Part shown: positions 38,325 to 52,689 of the stretch, piece after piece
How positions within the stretch are numbered: the stretch's first letter is position 1
How the letters are laid out: the number at the start of each line of letters is the position of its first letter
NCBI GenBank assembly: GCA_964016885.1
Contig: OZ024752.1
Span: forward strand, 29,202,001-29,266,000
Reading direction: 5' to 3'
Origin: Eledone cirrhosa
Lineage: Eukaryota
Length of the DNA: 64,000 bases
Program-made: the position numbers and the translations under genes
Notes under the pieces: generated by a model
Database searches by the model: none
Seen by the model: the letters and a program-made list of their open reading frames with translations, nothing else
Told to the model about the DNA's origin: nothing

Positions 38325-40085
38325 GTAAGTTAAATTATATTTTAAACCCCTACCCCATCAAAGTCAGAAACAAGAGTCCCAAGAAACTAGTAATGGTCTG
38401 TATTTGGTAAAAACAGTTCATACATTTTTGCAATAATATAAATTTGTGTTCAGTGTGACATGTGAAATTAATACTTAAGTTTTGGGGTGGGCTCTTTGAA
38501 GAAATAAGGTATATGTTTGAAGGCTTTGAATGAAATTGAGGAATGTAAGGGATTGTATCAGAAAAAGTAGATGAGGGGAGATGATCAGTCATTAATTAGG
38601 TCAGTGATTAAAGTGAACAATATCATCATCATCATCATCATCATTTAATACTTGTTTTTCCATGTAAGCATACATTGTCACAGACCAAGTCAGCACTCAA
38701 TCAAAACCATCGTCCTCACAGACAAGCTGGAGGCCTCACATTTCACCGTGCTGGTGAGATGGATTTATAGTATTGAGACTAATGTGGAGTTACATAACTA
38801 CTATAGATTAGTCACTATATTGACTTATCATGATCAATCAATCTTCTGAAATGATCATAAACCAATAAACTGATTAAGCACTATACTTCACCTTTTGTTT
38901 CCATTGTTCAACAGACACATATATATGTATCATCATCATTGTTTAATGTCTATTTTCCATGCTTGCATGGGTTAGAGGCAAGTTGGGTCAGGTGATCATG
39001 TCTTACTCATACAGAACTGTTTCTGGCTAGGTTTCTATGGCTGGATGCCCTTCCTCATGCCAACTACATTGACAGTGTGGGCTGGGTGCTGGGTGCTTTT
39101 TGTTGTGACTCCTACACGACCTCTTTACAGTGTGGGCTTGGCACTTTTTGCAGTGTCACCATCACGATCACTTTACAGTATGGGCTGGGTACTTTTCATT
39201 GCGACACCTGCATGATCACTTTACAGTGTGGGTGCTTTTTGTCGTGACACCTGCATGACCACTTTACAGTGTGGGCTGGGTGCTTTTTGTCATGACACCT
39301 ACACAACCACTTTACAGTGTGGGCTGGGTGCTTTTTGTCGTGACACCTACACAACCATTTTACAGTGTGGGCTTGGTGATTTTTGTCATGACACCTATAT
39401 ATATATGACTCTGTAGCTCATTTGAATGTTCAATGAAATATGGTGAAAGCCTACGACAGAAACAAGAACTCATTACCTGATCTCGTTTGGAATAATTACT
39501 CCTGTACTACATGGTATCCCAACAGTGTTATCGGCTCTACCAGGATGTTACGGTCATCCACTTTACATAAAGCAGATACTTTTATTTTCTTTCATATGTG
39601 TATTATATGTTTATATATAAATTTGAGCGACTTCCATCCGTCTGTCTGTCACACAATGTGTGTGTGTTTGTGTGAATGTATCTGTGTGTAAAAGGAAGGG
39701 GGTGGTGAAAAAACTATAGCAAAACCATGGCTGGCGTTCCATTTGCTATGCTGTGCGTAAGTGTATGTGCGTGTTTGTGTAAATGTATGTGTGTTTATGT
39801 GAATATATGTGTATTTGTGTGAGTGTGTGTATGTATTTGTGTGAATGTATGTCTGAGTGTTTGTGAATGTATGTGTGTGTTTGTGTAAATGTATGTCTGT
39901 GAGTGTGTATTTTTGTAAGTGTGTCTGTGTTTGCACGTTTATTATATACTCTACTCCATACGTATAAATGTTTGCATATGCACACACATATACACATACG
40001 CATGTGCACACACATATACACATATGCATCAGCATGTTGAAAAAAATGTTAGTATTATATATTTTTGTTTATATCTATTGAATAG

Positions 40086-40208
40086 TTGGGGAAGAAAAAT
40101 GATAAAAATGAAAAGGTAACAAAAAAACAAACGAAAGAAAAGGCTGCTCGGATAAGAAAAGCTGAACAGCAGCAGCGTTTAGCTTATCAACCGAAAGACT
40201 GTCTAAAG
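40086..40208 (+). CDS. EME1: EME1 exon
   Basis: aatAG|LGKKNDK...QQRLAYQPKDCLK|GT; resembles the EME1 RPEECLK motif. Confidence 0.82.
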
Positions 40209-40532
40209 GTTTGTAGCTTTGTTTCTTATTTTCTTATTTATTAGCTGCTAGTTGTGTGCTCCACAAATCCGAGGGAGTGTTACCGCCTAGATCTTTGCTC
40301 CTGGTAGGGCCACCCTAGGCAGGCTGGTCTCTGAGGAGGTTCCAGACTGGCCAAAGACGTCTGTATTCTGCTGACATGCAGTCATTATCAAGTGCAGAGG
40401 AGGAGTTATTATGTCTTTTGACACACACTGAAGGATCTTCCTAACCTCGCTTTGGTAAGCTTTCTACGGCTGTATGCCCTTCCTAACACCAACCACTTTA
40501 CAGCATGTACTGGGTGTTTTTATTGTGTAGAT

Positions 40533-40870
40533 CAGGGGTTCTCAACCTTTTTTTCACTGTGGACCACCAAAATAAGTAATTTTTTCCTGTGGACCACCTA
40601 AACTTTTAAATCTTTTGTAATAGAACTGCTACTTATAAGCATCAGTAGATATTTTTTTTCAATGAATTAGAAGATGCTATTATCACGTCGCAGTGCCTAA
40701 AAATCTACGCAAATAAACAGCTGAAGTCGTACTTATGTGAAAAATAAGAACAGCGCTTTAAGTCAAATGCATGGATCAAAAAAGAATTTGCTATTGAAAA
40801 TTTTCTGTGGACCACCTGAATTTTCCTGTGGACCACTAGTGGTCCACATGGACCAGGTTGAGAACCCCTG
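40533..40870. mobile_element. hAT (Charlie-type) MITE with 8-bp TSD
   Basis: TIR CAGGGGTTCTCAACCT / AGGTTGAGAACCCCTG; TSD GTGTAGAT at 40525-40532 and 40871-40878; repeated subterminal GTGGACCAC. Confidence 0.9.
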
Positions 40871-41202
40871 GTGTAGATTACCAACACTAGGGAGGGTGTT
40901 GTGTTCTTAACATAACTAGAGGATCCTCCCAACCCTTTGTTTGGCAAGCTTTCTATGGCTGGATGCCCTTCCTAACACCAACCAATTTACAACATGTACT
41001 CTGTGTTTTTATTGTGTAGATCACCAGCACAAGGGAGGCTGTCATGTCTTTAAATGAGTTCCTGGAAGTCTATTGTTACTTTATTGTAGAAATTGGATCA
41101 AATCTTTAAAACATAATAGATATGAGAAGATTACTACTGATGTAAATAGTCAAACATAGTTTTCACACAATCATTAATATTTCTTTTTTCCTTTGTCAAC
41201 AG

Positions 41203-41373
41203 TTTATGACAGTTGTCATTGATCCAGGAATAGTTAACCAGCCTGGTGTTGGAACAGCTATTTTCAATGCATGTGAAGATCTTGGAGTTACTTATAAAAT
41301 TGAATCTCAAAATATGCCTTATATTGTAACTTGGAAACGGACAACCGTGTGTTATGATACTGAAAACCAAGAG
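41203..41373 (+). CDS. EME1: EME1 exon (start of nuclease-like domain)
   Basis: caacAG|FMTVVIDPGIVNQPGVGTAIFNACEDLGVTYKIESQNMPYIVTWKR...ENQE|GT; cf. EME1 IVVLDP...AVPCSVTWRR. Confidence 0.9.
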
Positions 41374-41689
41374 GTAATATATTTATGTCTGTATCTGGAA
41401 TATATGAGGAGAATCTGTTATCTAGATATTCAGATAAAACAATACAGTACTTAATAAACAAAAATGAAATAATTTTCTATACGGGGGTGTTGTAGTTTGC
41501 TTGAAGCATTGCTTAAAGTGTAGAAAATATATTTACTTGTCATATATATAAATATGTTTATTGTCATATATATACATATATTTGCAGTCATATATAAATT
41601 TAATTACTGTCATATATATATATATATATTTACTATGTTAGCATAGAAGATGGACGTTAAACGAAGATGAAGATGATGATGATTACTAT

Positions 41690-41880
41690 CACATATATAA
41701 ATATATTTACTATCACATATATAAATATATTTACTGTCACATATATAAATATATTTACTGTCACATATATAAATATGTTTACTGTCGCATATATAAATAT
41801 ATTTACTATCATAAATACAAGTATATTTACTGTCATAAATACAAGTATATTTACTGTCATAAATACAAGTATATTTACTT
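41690..41880. repeat. 24-bp AT-rich minisatellite
   Basis: Unit ATATATTTACTGTCACATATATAA, ~8 copies. Confidence 0.8.
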
Positions 41881-42552
41881 TCATTGTGTAAGTATATTTA
41901 CTTGTCATATATAGATCCATTCAAGCCATGAAATAAGAGATAAAACCTTTAGGGTGCTCCCTAATAATCAGTCAGAAACCTCTGTTACATGCCTATTTGA
42001 ACAGAACTAACTGAAGCCAAACAAAAGTGGCACCGATAAGCCCCATCGTTTCTTTTTTTGTTGTGAAATTGATCTAGTTTTTATTAACTATTTTTATTTT
42101 CAATATTAATATTAGAAAAAAGGTGGAGGATTGGTAGAATTGTTAGAGTATTGAACAAAATGCTTTGCTGTATTTAGTTACAGCCCTTTATGTTCTGAGT
42201 TCAAATCTCAACAAGGTCAACTTTGCCTTTCATCCTTCCAGGGTTAATAAAATAATGTACCAGTGAAGTACTGGTGTTTGATTTAATCAACTTTCTCCTT
42301 TCCCTCGTAATTTGTTGACCCTGCATATAAATTGGAAATCCATATTGGATAAAATGATTACTGCATTTAGTTACAGCCCTTTCGGGGGTCAATAAAATAA
42401 TGTACCAGTGAAGTGAAGTACTGGTGTTTGATTTAATCAACTTTCCCCTTTCCCTAAAATGTGCTAGACCTGCACCTAAATTAGAAATCCCTATTAATGT
42501 TAGAAAGAAAGTTTTCTCACATATAATAAAATCAGTTCATTTTAAACTTCAG

Positions 42553-42645
42553 GTAAAGACCTGGAATTTGGACATTGCTGAAAATGACATCATGATATTG
42601 ATGCCACTAGATGCCTTTACTGAAATACTGGATGATTTGAAACTG
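42553..42645 (+). CDS. EME1: EME1 exon
   Basis: ttcAG|VKTWNLDIAENDIMILMPLDAFTEILDDLKL|GT, phase 0/0. Confidence 0.8.
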
Positions 42646-43358
42646 GTATAAAACATTTTTGTTTTATTCCCTTTTTATCTATTGTAAAATTCTGTAAAAT
42701 GATCACCTTAACCGTTTTGTTACCAACCTAACCCAACCCAACTGGCCTATTAATTGGGTTCTAAACTATCATGTTGAATTCATCATCATCACCATTTAAC
42801 ATTGATATTTCAACATGAAATTTTAGAACTATTACCCTTTTTTCAAATGTGGGGCTGAAACAGTTCAAAATTAGATGAATGATCGATGTGTTTTTCCTTA
42901 ACTGGCCTATTAACTGGGTAATAGCCCTAAAATATGTTGAAATACACTGGGTAAAACATTACTTTGTTTTGTTTTATTTCTCATCATTTGCCCTTTGTAT
43001 TTTTCTACCATGTTGTACTAGGCTTTTTAAAAATGATTGGTCTTTTATTACTTCTATATTTATATGTAAGATTTCTGGAGTAAACCCCAATAGTTTATGA
43101 TGAGTAATTATATATAAATAGATTAAAATAGAAAAAGACAAAGCAATGTGAATGTTTTGGGGTTTCTTTTGAAAATGTAGCTTATTTTTCTTATTATTCA
43201 AAACATTCTCGAATATTGATTTTTTTACTGTCAGAGATGTACCAAATATTTTCTCCATATGTTTTCCTATTTTACATTCCATTCTTCTCAATCTAAATTT
43301 TCTTTTTCTATTAAACTGTATTTATTTGTATTTTCTTATATTTTTTTATTCAAAACAG

Positions 43359-43474
43359 AACAGTATGAGTAAGGATTGTGTCTCATCATTAAACCAATAT
43401 GCTGAGAATGTTCAGTCACTGTACCCAGGTTGCCCTGTAACATTAGTAGTTATTGGGTCAAGTATTGGAAACCA
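43359..43474 (+). CDS. EME1: EME1 exon
   Basis: aacAG|NSMSKDCVSSLNQYAENVQSLYPGCPVTLVVIGSSIGN-CA|GTAAGT. Confidence 0.82.
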
Positions 43475-44681
43475 GTAAGTAGATAAATATAGTAGTTTGA
43501 ACATCTAATGTTTACTATGGTTCCGTAACTCCTGTTGGAGTCGTCGGGGTGCCATAGTGACACAGCGTTTCTTGGGCATCTTCAGCCTGACAGAGCCCAT
43601 CCCTCTCCAGGCCTGAGTACAGCAGATTTCTTTCAGAGAAGGTAGAGAATAACTAAAAGGAAGTGAGAAAGAGATATGGAGGAAGAATTGACCCCAGTAG
43701 TAGACTGGTACTTTTTTTATCGACCTCGAAAAGATTAATATATTTGATGTACAATAAAGTGTGCTATTGTAACGTGTTATTTAGCCCTAGGTCAATACTG
43801 ATAGAGCAGACATATGATCAAAGGTATTATAGCTGTGACCACCTCATCTTTATATGTCAACATCATTGTTTAATGTCCACTTTCCCTGCTAGCAAGAGTT
43901 GACAGGTCTACATAGACCAAGCCAGTACTGAAGTGGTGGCTACTTATCTCTCAGACAAGTCAGGGATCTGTTGTCTCGCTTATGTATGATCTCGCATATT
44001 ACCAAGTGCACAGGAGAAGTTGTCATATCTTTGACACAACTGACAATCCTCTCAACCCTTTGTTTGGCAAACTTTCTATGGCTGGATGCCCTTCCTATCA
44101 CCAACCACTTTATAGCATATACTGGGTGTGTCTATCGTGTAGATCACCAACACTAGGGAGGCTCTCATATCCTTGACACGACTGAGGGATCCTCCCAGCT
44201 CTCTGTTTGGAAAGCTTTCTATGGTTGAATGCATTTCCTGTCACCAACCACTTTACAGTGTATCGACAACATTTAAGGAACCTCCCTGGCTACTTCATGT
44301 GTGTTCTTAGTGCTTACTTCTTCTGTGCATCTGCCACATACAAAGTTTATTTTTTCTGTTAATCTGCCTGCAATCCCACTTACATCTCTTGTGTGTCCAT
44401 AGATTACACCATGTGCACCTTATAGAATATCTGCCCACCCCATGGGTGGAGGAAGACTGGTGGTTGTCTGCTATTGTTGTATGATAAGTGAAGGATGGTT
44501 AAAGCAAAGCTAAGAAAATGAGGATTGAATAAGGAGCAGATTCCATGTCAAAGTAATATGGATAGCATTGACAAGGTAGACCTGATTAACACATAGCAAT
44601 GTAGTAAAAATATTTTAAAAATTAGCTTTCATGGATATTTATTGCAAATTTAACTAAATTCCTTATTTTTTTTATCACCAG

Positions 44682-44745
44682 AGCCAATAAAAAATCTCAG
44701 AAAATGGCAAAAAAGGGAATTGATGATCGTCTTTCTATAGAAGAG
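44682..44745 (+). CDS. EME1: EME1 exon
   Basis: accAG|A-ANKKSQKMAKKGIDDRLSIEE|GT; phase 2 in, phase 0 out. Confidence 0.8.
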
Positions 44746-44856
44746 GTTTGTGGCTAAGTTTGTTTTTTATTTCTACTAGGATTTTTTTCAACATGCTTAC
44801 ATGTATGTGTGTGTATGTACATATGCATACATTTGTATGTATGAGTATATAATATA

Positions 44857-47619
44857 AACACAAACTTTAAAAAAACCCGACAACCACCTGATCACCTATA
44901 GATCAGGGGAGCACTCTAGTCAGATAGATTTTATCCTCATCAGAGGACGTGACAGATGGACGGTCGTAAACACAAAAGCCTTCCCTAGTGAGGAATGTAC
45001 ATCCCAACATAGCTTAGTTGTCAGCGACCTCACAGTCAGAACTAGACGAACCTGGAAACAGAGGCCAACCTGGAGAAGAAAGATCTGGAAGCTGAAAGAC
45101 CCCTCAACCAGTAACAGATTTAAAGATATTCTACTCAATGCCTACGATAGTAAAGAAGAACAGATAGAGACATTCAATGTAGAAGAGAACTGGGAGTTCC
45201 TAAAAAATAACTTACTAGAGGCGACAGATGAGGTCTGTGGCTGGAGTAAGACCTCAAGCAGGAGGAGAGTGACTTAGTGGTGGAACAATAAGGTAGATGA
45301 GGCAGTTAAGGCCAAAAGACAGGCATGGAAAGAATGGAAGAACGGGGGGAGCAGGGTACATTACATAGAGACCAAGAAGGAAGCTAGGTGACAAGTATAC
45401 TTAGTGAGGAGGGAAGCAGAGGATAGAAAATTCAAGCATGTTTTGCAACGTGAGGACCAGAAACAGGAGGTGTTTAAGATTGCGAGGCAGTGTGTCAGAG
45501 AGAATTGTGATGTCATTGGAGAGAAGTGTATCCAGAATGATAAAGGTGAGCTTGCCCTCACAAGTGCTGAGAAGAAAGATGCATGGAAGAGTCATTATGA
45601 TAGATTACTAAATGAGGAGAATGCATGGGAAGAAGAGACCCTACCCAAAGTAAACTCTATAGAGGGGCCAGCAGTACAAGTCAGCAGCAACGTAGTAAGT
45701 AAGGCAATCAAAGATATGAAGATGGGGAAGGCAACCGGTCCATCGGGTATAGCTGCCGAGATGCTGAAGGCATCTGGGTCTGAAGGTCACACTATAACCA
45801 CACGTATTGTTAACCAGGTAATACTAGAAGGTGTCATACCAAAAGATTGGTGCAGTAGCATCATTGTCAACTGCTACAAAGGTAAAGGTGATGCACTAGA
45901 TAGAGGAAACTATAGAGGTATAAAGCTGATGGACCAGGTCATGAAAGTAACAGAAAGTTATAGCACAGTTCATTAGGGACCGGGTGAAACTAGACGAGAT
46001 GCAATTTGGGTTTGTACCATGAAGAGGCACCACTGATGCCCTCTTCCTTGTCACGCAGTTACAGGAAAAGTACCTAGCTAAAAGTAAGCCACTCTATCTG
46101 GCATTTGTCGACCTTGAGAAAGCCTTTGACAGAGTTCCACGTGCTGTAATCTGGTGGGCTCTTAGAAAACTAGGAGTAGATGAATGGCTTGTGAAAGCGG
46201 TACAAGCCATGTATAGGGGAGCAGTCAGCAAAGTTAGGATTAGCAATGAGTATAGCGAGGAATTTAGCGTACAGGTTGGGGTCCACCAGGGCTCTGTTCT
46301 TAGCCCCCTCCTGTTCATCATAGTCCTGCAGGCAATAACGGAGGAGTTTAAGACCGGATGCCCATGGGAACTCCTGTATGCTGATGACCTCGCACTTATA
46401 GCTGAATCTATGGTAGAACTAGAGAAGAAATTCCAAACTTGGAAGCAGGGACTAGAAAGAAAGGGTCTCAAAGTCAACATGACAAAGACTAAGGTCCTTG
46501 TAAGTAGACGAGAAAACAGAACCCAGATCCCCTCAGGGAAATGGCTTTGCTCAGTATGTAGGAAAGGTGTAGATAGGAACTCCATTCTCTGCCCCAAATG
46601 CAAACAATGGGTACACAAGAGATGTAGCGGGATCTTAGGAAGCTTAATTAAGAATGTAGGCTTCACATGCAGCAGCTGTGCTGGGACAGCAAGCAGCAAA
46701 CAGCCACAGGAAACAAGTACCACCAATCTCTGGGAGGGCTCTGTAGAAACAGTAGACAGCTTCTGCTACCTAGGTGACCGAATTAGCAGTGGAGGTGGGT
46801 GTTCAGAAAGTACAATAACTAGGGTAAGAACGGGATGGAAGAAGTTTAGGGAACTACTACCCCTGCTAGCTGCAAAAGGCTTCTCCCTCAAAATGAAAGC
46901 CAGACTGTATGATGCGTGTATCCGGACAGCGATGTTGCATGGTAGTGAGGCCTGGGCGCTGAAGGTGGAAGACTTACGTAGATTAGAGAGAAACGAAGCC
47001 TGCATGCTCCGATGGATGTGTAATAGTAATATACGCGAACGACAAAGCATAAATGAATTGAGAGAGAGACTGAGCATAAGAGGAATCAAATGCTGTGTGC
47101 AGGAAAGGCGGTTGTGTTGGTATGGACATGTGATGCGTATGAAGGATGACAGCTGCATAAAAAGGTGCAGAACACTAGAAGTCAATGGAAACCGCGGAGT
47201 GGGGATACCCAAGATGACCTGGGATGAGGTGATAAAAGCCGACCTTACCCAATTACACCTCTCAAAGGCGATGACACACGACCGTGACCTCTGGTGGCAC
47301 GCAGTAATACAGAGTACCCGACCTCCCATGGGTACAAGCTGAAGCATATAGACAATATGCCCCCACAGCCCCCACCGCAAGGTGGTCGTGGAGGTGCCAC
47401 GGCAAAAAAGCACCCAGCCCACACTGTAAAGTGGACGTGTAGGCCCAGCACTCACTGTAAATGAGGTTGGTGTTAGGAAGGGCATCCAGCTGTAGAAATC
47501 AAGCCAAATCAGTTCCTGTATGAGCAAGGCATGGTCAGCCGACCAGACATTGCCCACAACAGGACAACCCGTCTAACCCATGCTAGCGTGGAAGAACGGA
47601 CGTAAAACGGTGATGATGA
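44857..47619 (+). mobile_element. 5'-truncated decayed RTE LINE (APE C-terminus, RT, PHD, 3' UTR) in an EME1 intron
   Basis: ORF pieces 45404-45976 and 46191-47342 (HQGSVLSPLLF, LLYADD, C4HC3 finger), several stops, (TGA)n tail; related to the 4165-8424 element. Confidence 0.9.
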
Positions 47620-48146
47620 AACATGCAGACACAGACACACTGACAAAAATACACAGTTACAGACATACATTAACTCAAATACAGAATGGGACTGAACCAG
47701 AGACTATGTAGTTGTACAGTGACCTTCTTAATCACACAGCCATGCACCATGCTTACACCTGATGTCTTTTTACTCAATCACTATATTGTTGTATTTAGTA
47801 TTGTGCAGTACACAGCCATTATCACTATATTGTAATGTCTGTTTACATTTGTGATGTTTGAACCTTTTAGCATTTAAACCAGCTGTATCTGGCCAGAATT
47901 CTCTCACTTCTTTCTGTTCAAACCGGCCATAACTGGCTGCTCATACTGACATTAAGTTATTGTTCTCAAAATAAATAATATCCAAATCGCATAGATTCGA
48001 TATTATGTGAGATAAAGCCTTTACCACAAAATTACAATAGTATATATAGAGTAATGTAAATACTAAAGGGTTAAATTAGGATCAGACAAATATTCATGAA
48101 TACTTTCAATGGAATTTCTATTTTTTATGTTAATTTTCCATTTCAG

Positions 48147-48262
48147 GCATTTTTAACTCTGCAATTACGGAATCTATTTAATTGTCAACTTATACAGACA
48201 AGTGCTGGTATTACTACTCTCATTAGATCATTCACGAAAGCTGTAGGCGAGAAACCAGGAAA
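48147..48262 (+). CDS. EME1: EME1 exon
   Basis: tttcAG|AFLTLQLRNLFNCQLIQTSAGITTLIRSFTKAVGEKPG-AA|GT; cf. EME1 ALVDLQL...FTKAVAEAP. Confidence 0.9.
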
Positions 48263-49281
48263 GTACGATTATTTTCTACTTTAGTCAATTACATTATCAT
48301 TAAAGCATTGTGATAATTATATATATAGTATGGTATAGTCCCGTAGCTCTTGATGGAGTCGTAGGGGTGCCATATTGACATATGGAATTTCTAGGGCATT
48401 TTTAACCCTTCTAATGTTCAAACCGTCCAAAACCGGCCAGAATTCTCTACCTCTTTCTGCTGAAACTGGCTGTAACTGATCACTCAAACTGATGTTAAGG
48501 TATTGTTCTCATAATAAATACTTAGAAAATCTCATAGATTCGATATTATGTGCGATAATTATGTGAGGTAAAGCCTTCACCATGAAAATATAATAGTATA
48601 TTTAGAGTAATGTGAATACTAAAGGGTTAAACCTGACAGAGCCCATCCCCTTTCCAGGTCCCAATACAGCAGATTTCTTCCAGAGAAGGAAAGAGAGTAA
48701 GAGAATGGAAGTGAGAAAGAGATATAGAGGAAGAATCGACTCCAGATAAATTTTAGATAAATTTAAATAGGTGAATTAACCAGAACTTTAGTGTGCAATA
48801 ATTTAATGTTAATGATATTAATAAGGGTGCAGGATAGGCAGTATCGGTAGAGCATTGGACGCCATGCTTTGCAGCATAGAGTTATGGCCCTTTACATTCT
48901 GAGTTCAATCTCACCGAGGTTAACTTTGCCTTTCATCCTTACAGGGTTGATAAAATAAAGTACCAGTAACGCACTGGAGTAATTGCTGGCCTTGTGCCAA
49001 AAGTAGAAACAATTATTGATATAAATATGTTGGAATAGTAAAAAGTGAAAAACAAAACAAAAACACCTGAAGTTATTTGAACATTGTGGACAGTAGTGTG
49101 TGCATGTATGTGTGTTTGTATATGTATGTGTGTTTGTGCATGTATGTGTGTTTGCGTATGTGTTTGTTAGTGTGTATGTTCAATGAGTGTATATAGTATT
49201 GTTTCAGGCTATTTTATTGTCTTTCTAATCTATTTATTTTATCAGGGAGTGTCAATTTACTATGAGATACATCTACTGCTG

Positions 49282-49480
49282 TGGAGACATGTAGCCTAGT
49301 GGTAAGGGTGTTAGACTTACGATCATAATGTTGTGGGTTCGATTCCTGGACTGGATTGTGTGTTGTGTTCTTGAGCAAAACTCTTCATTTCATGTTGCTC
49401 CAGTACACTTATCTGAAAAACGAGTACCTGCAGTAGCTGAGGGTTAGACCCTACAATGGACGGTGTCCTGTCCAGGATGG
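49282..49480 (+). mobile_element. tRNA-derived SINE (family 2)
   Basis: GGAGACATGTAGCCTAGTGG...GGTTCGATTCC boxes followed by TGTTGTGTTCTTGAGCAA core, as in 8616-8927 and 36972-37240. Confidence 0.65.
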
Positions 49481-51103
49481 GAGAGGGGTTTCTTGTACAT
49501 CTGGGGAAAGTTAGATACCCACTTGACGATGACTTCTCCAGGCCAAAAGCTACAGTTATAAATAAGTTGACTGAAAGTATCAATAGAAGATGTCTAAATC
49601 TGTCTCAAGCCCAAAGGCTTATCAGGCCTAGTTTCAATGGCATTAAGTGACTGAAGGTATCTAAATTTCCTTGGATGTTTTGATTTTAAAGCACAATGTC
49701 TTCCAGTTAGTTGGTTGGCAGTGATGGCCAAGTCACTGCCCATCTTCTCCTGAACTCCTCTCACCTGCTCCAGAGCCAGCAAAGGCTCTTTCTGCTGCTT
49801 CCCTCAACCTGCCAGCAGCTATCTTTCTCTACTGTCCTTCTATTCCTAGAGCTGCAAGAATCATCTACACAGACTGGACCAAGAAACCTATGCAGCCAAC
49901 CTTAACTGGAAACAGCCAAGCCTCCCACTTTATTTTTATATTGTTGGATCAGGTTCTGTTGTTTGGTAGTCTTCCTCTCTGGGGCCTCCTCATGGGACCA
50001 TTAGTTCAATTAGAATTATCTTCATCTCCTTGGACCATATGACAATATATGACTGAAAGGATGTTTGGATAAGCTAGAGAAAGTGTAGTTTCCTTCCCAA
50101 ATAATCACTCATCTCCCATCATTTTTCTGTTTGCAGGAAAGAGTCTCTTTTTAATTAATTCTATAATAGCTTGCAATTAAACAGAACAAGCAACAGCCTA
50201 ATTTACAATGCCGTTATAACTCTTCCCTTCTAATGAGTATTTTATGAAATGAAGCAAATCAATTTCTGTAGATCAATCCCCTTTTGTTTGCCTTCTGACC
50301 CCTATCCTTTCTATCTGTGAATGAGCTGACAGGTGTGAGCTAGTGAGAGAATTTAAAAGGTATAATTAAATGTGTTTAACTGGTAATTATAGTTTGCTGC
50401 TATTGGAGTTGTCCTATAATTCATTAGTAAACAATGAAATGCTTACAATCTTTTTACAGGCAAATATTCAGTTTATTTAAGCCTTTCATTACTGAATTTC
50501 TAATGAAAGGCACTGTCTATGTCATTAACCATTTCATTACCATATTTCCACTGAAAGACACTGCTTATGTCATTAACCATTTCATTATTGTATTTCTACT
50601 GAAACACACTGCTTATGTCTTTTAATTAATTTTTTAAATAATCAGGAATTTGGAGGAATTTAATAAAACAATTAAGTTTTTCATTAGTAAGTTGATATTA
50701 AAAACATTACTTAGATTAGAGTGTATACTCATTATGTTGAATTATATAGGAGTTAATTATTAGAGGTCGTTTCCCAGTGCTCCTCACAATATTGTTATCT
50801 TTTGCTCTGGTAGCAATTCATTTGTCTACCCCTTTCGGCTGCCTTTTGTTGTATGTGGTCCTAGATGTGTGTATTACCTGCTTGTGTGTGTTTTTTTCTT
50901 TTCCCATTTTTTCATTTCATTCATTCATGTCCGCTTTTCCCTGTTTGCAAGGCTCTTTTTTAATTATTTTTAAGGTTATATATACAACTCTTCAGTAAAT
51001 AAAATTTTGTAATTAGATTTTTACAAAATACATCATTGATGTAAATATATTTAGATCAAAAGTTTTCTTTTCTAAACATATTTTTCTCAAACATCACTTT
51101 CAG

Positions 51104-51278
51104 GAAGGATCGTTTACAGTCTGAATTTTCCTTTCATAATGAGAAAGGAAATAACAGTTGTGATTCATCTGATACACAAATGATGTGGAAGTTACAACTC
51201 CAACAATTTAAGAATATTAGTTCTGATGTTGCAAATGCCATTGTTTATCAATATCCTACACCAAAATCTTTGTATGAG
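51104..51278 (+). CDS. EME1: EME1 exon (first HhH region)
   Basis: tttcAG|G-KDRLQSEFSF...MWKLQLQQFKNISSDVANAIVYQYPTPKSLYE|GT; cf. [26 protein letters not shown]. Confidence 0.92.
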
Positions 51279-52340
51279 GTTAGTATCAAACAGCTTTATT
51301 TGTCAATATCTATTGCTCCTAGTGTTCTATATTTCTATGTCTCAAACATAATACTGTATCTGGTATTTGATATATATTAAACTGTAAACGTGGTTGGTGT
51401 TAGGAAGAGCATCCAGCCGTAGAAAACCTGCCAGACAGTCCCATATGAGCGAGACGACCAATCTTGCCTCAAGTGGGGCAATTCCCGTCTAAACCCATGC
51501 TAGCATGGAAGATAGACGTTAAATGATGATGATGATGATGATGATGATTAAACATGGTGCCATAACAAATCTGAACAGCATTCGTCTTGTCTATTAGATA
51601 GTCTAATAATGCTGACAGTAGAGAGTTAGAGTTAAGTTTTATCATATCTGGTTTTAAACTTTAACTCTTTTGTCACCTTATTTCAAATGAAAGACACTGC
51701 ATATATGTTTCAATTAATTTAAAATAATTTAATCAAGTAACTAACTCTTTCATTAGTAAACTGACATTTAAAAGATGTCTTACCCCTATAGCATTTAAAC
51801 CGGCCATATCCAGCCAGAATTCTCTCGCCTCTTCCTATTCAAACCGGCTGTAACCGGCCACTCATACTTATGTTAAGGTATTGTTCTAAAAGTAAATAAT
51901 ATCAAAATCTCATAGCTTCAATGCCTTTACCGAGTAAATATAGAGTAATGTAAATGATAAAAGGTTAAATAAAATTATGATGGAAGTATATAATATCGAT
52001 ATAAACATTTTAAAATGAGCAGTTTTGTATCTTAGAACCAGGGGCAGTTTCAGGTGGTTTGGTATTACCAGGTTCAACTTAACCATGTCTTTCAGAGTCA
52101 GTAGAAAAAGCCCCCAAAACAAAAAAAAAAACAAACTAACATTGGGATTAAATAATTTTATTTTCTCTTTCCTTTACAATCCCTCCCCCCCAAAAAAAGA
52201 ACTTAAGAAAGCAGTCAGTTCCCAGATGAATTTTTAAGACTTATTTGTTAATTAGTATTTTTGTAATTTGTGTGTATTTTCCATTTATTTGCTGCTTTTC
52301 ATTTTGTATTCCCTATTTATAAAAACATTTTTTTTCTCAG

Positions 52341-52397
52341 ACGTACCAAAATTGCTCTTCAGAGAAAGAAGGTATTAAAATACTTGAAAATATTATG
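52341..52397 (+). CDS. EME1: EME1 exon
   Basis: ttctcAG|TYQNCSSEKEGIKILENIM|GT. Confidence 0.88.
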
Positions 52398-52689
52398 GTA
52401 AATATAAACCCAAATATTTCTTTTTTTTTTTTTAACTCTTTAACATTTAAACTGGTCGTATCTGGCCAGAATTCTCTCACTTCTTTCTGTTGTAATCAGT
52501 TGCTCATACTTATATTAAGGTATTGTTCCCAAAATAAATAATATCAAAATCTCATAGATTTGATATTATGTGAGATAATTATGAGAGATTCACACTTTAC
52601 TATGAAAATACAATAGTAACTATAGAGTAATGGAAATGCTAAAGGATTAAAGATTATTATTCAATTATTAAAATGTTGCCTTGTATTCA

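Noticed and set aside
46094-47557. Long antisense ORFs (210 and 263 aa), and similar ones opposite the other LINE copies
   Set aside because: Shadow ORFs of RT coding sequence with no independent motifs
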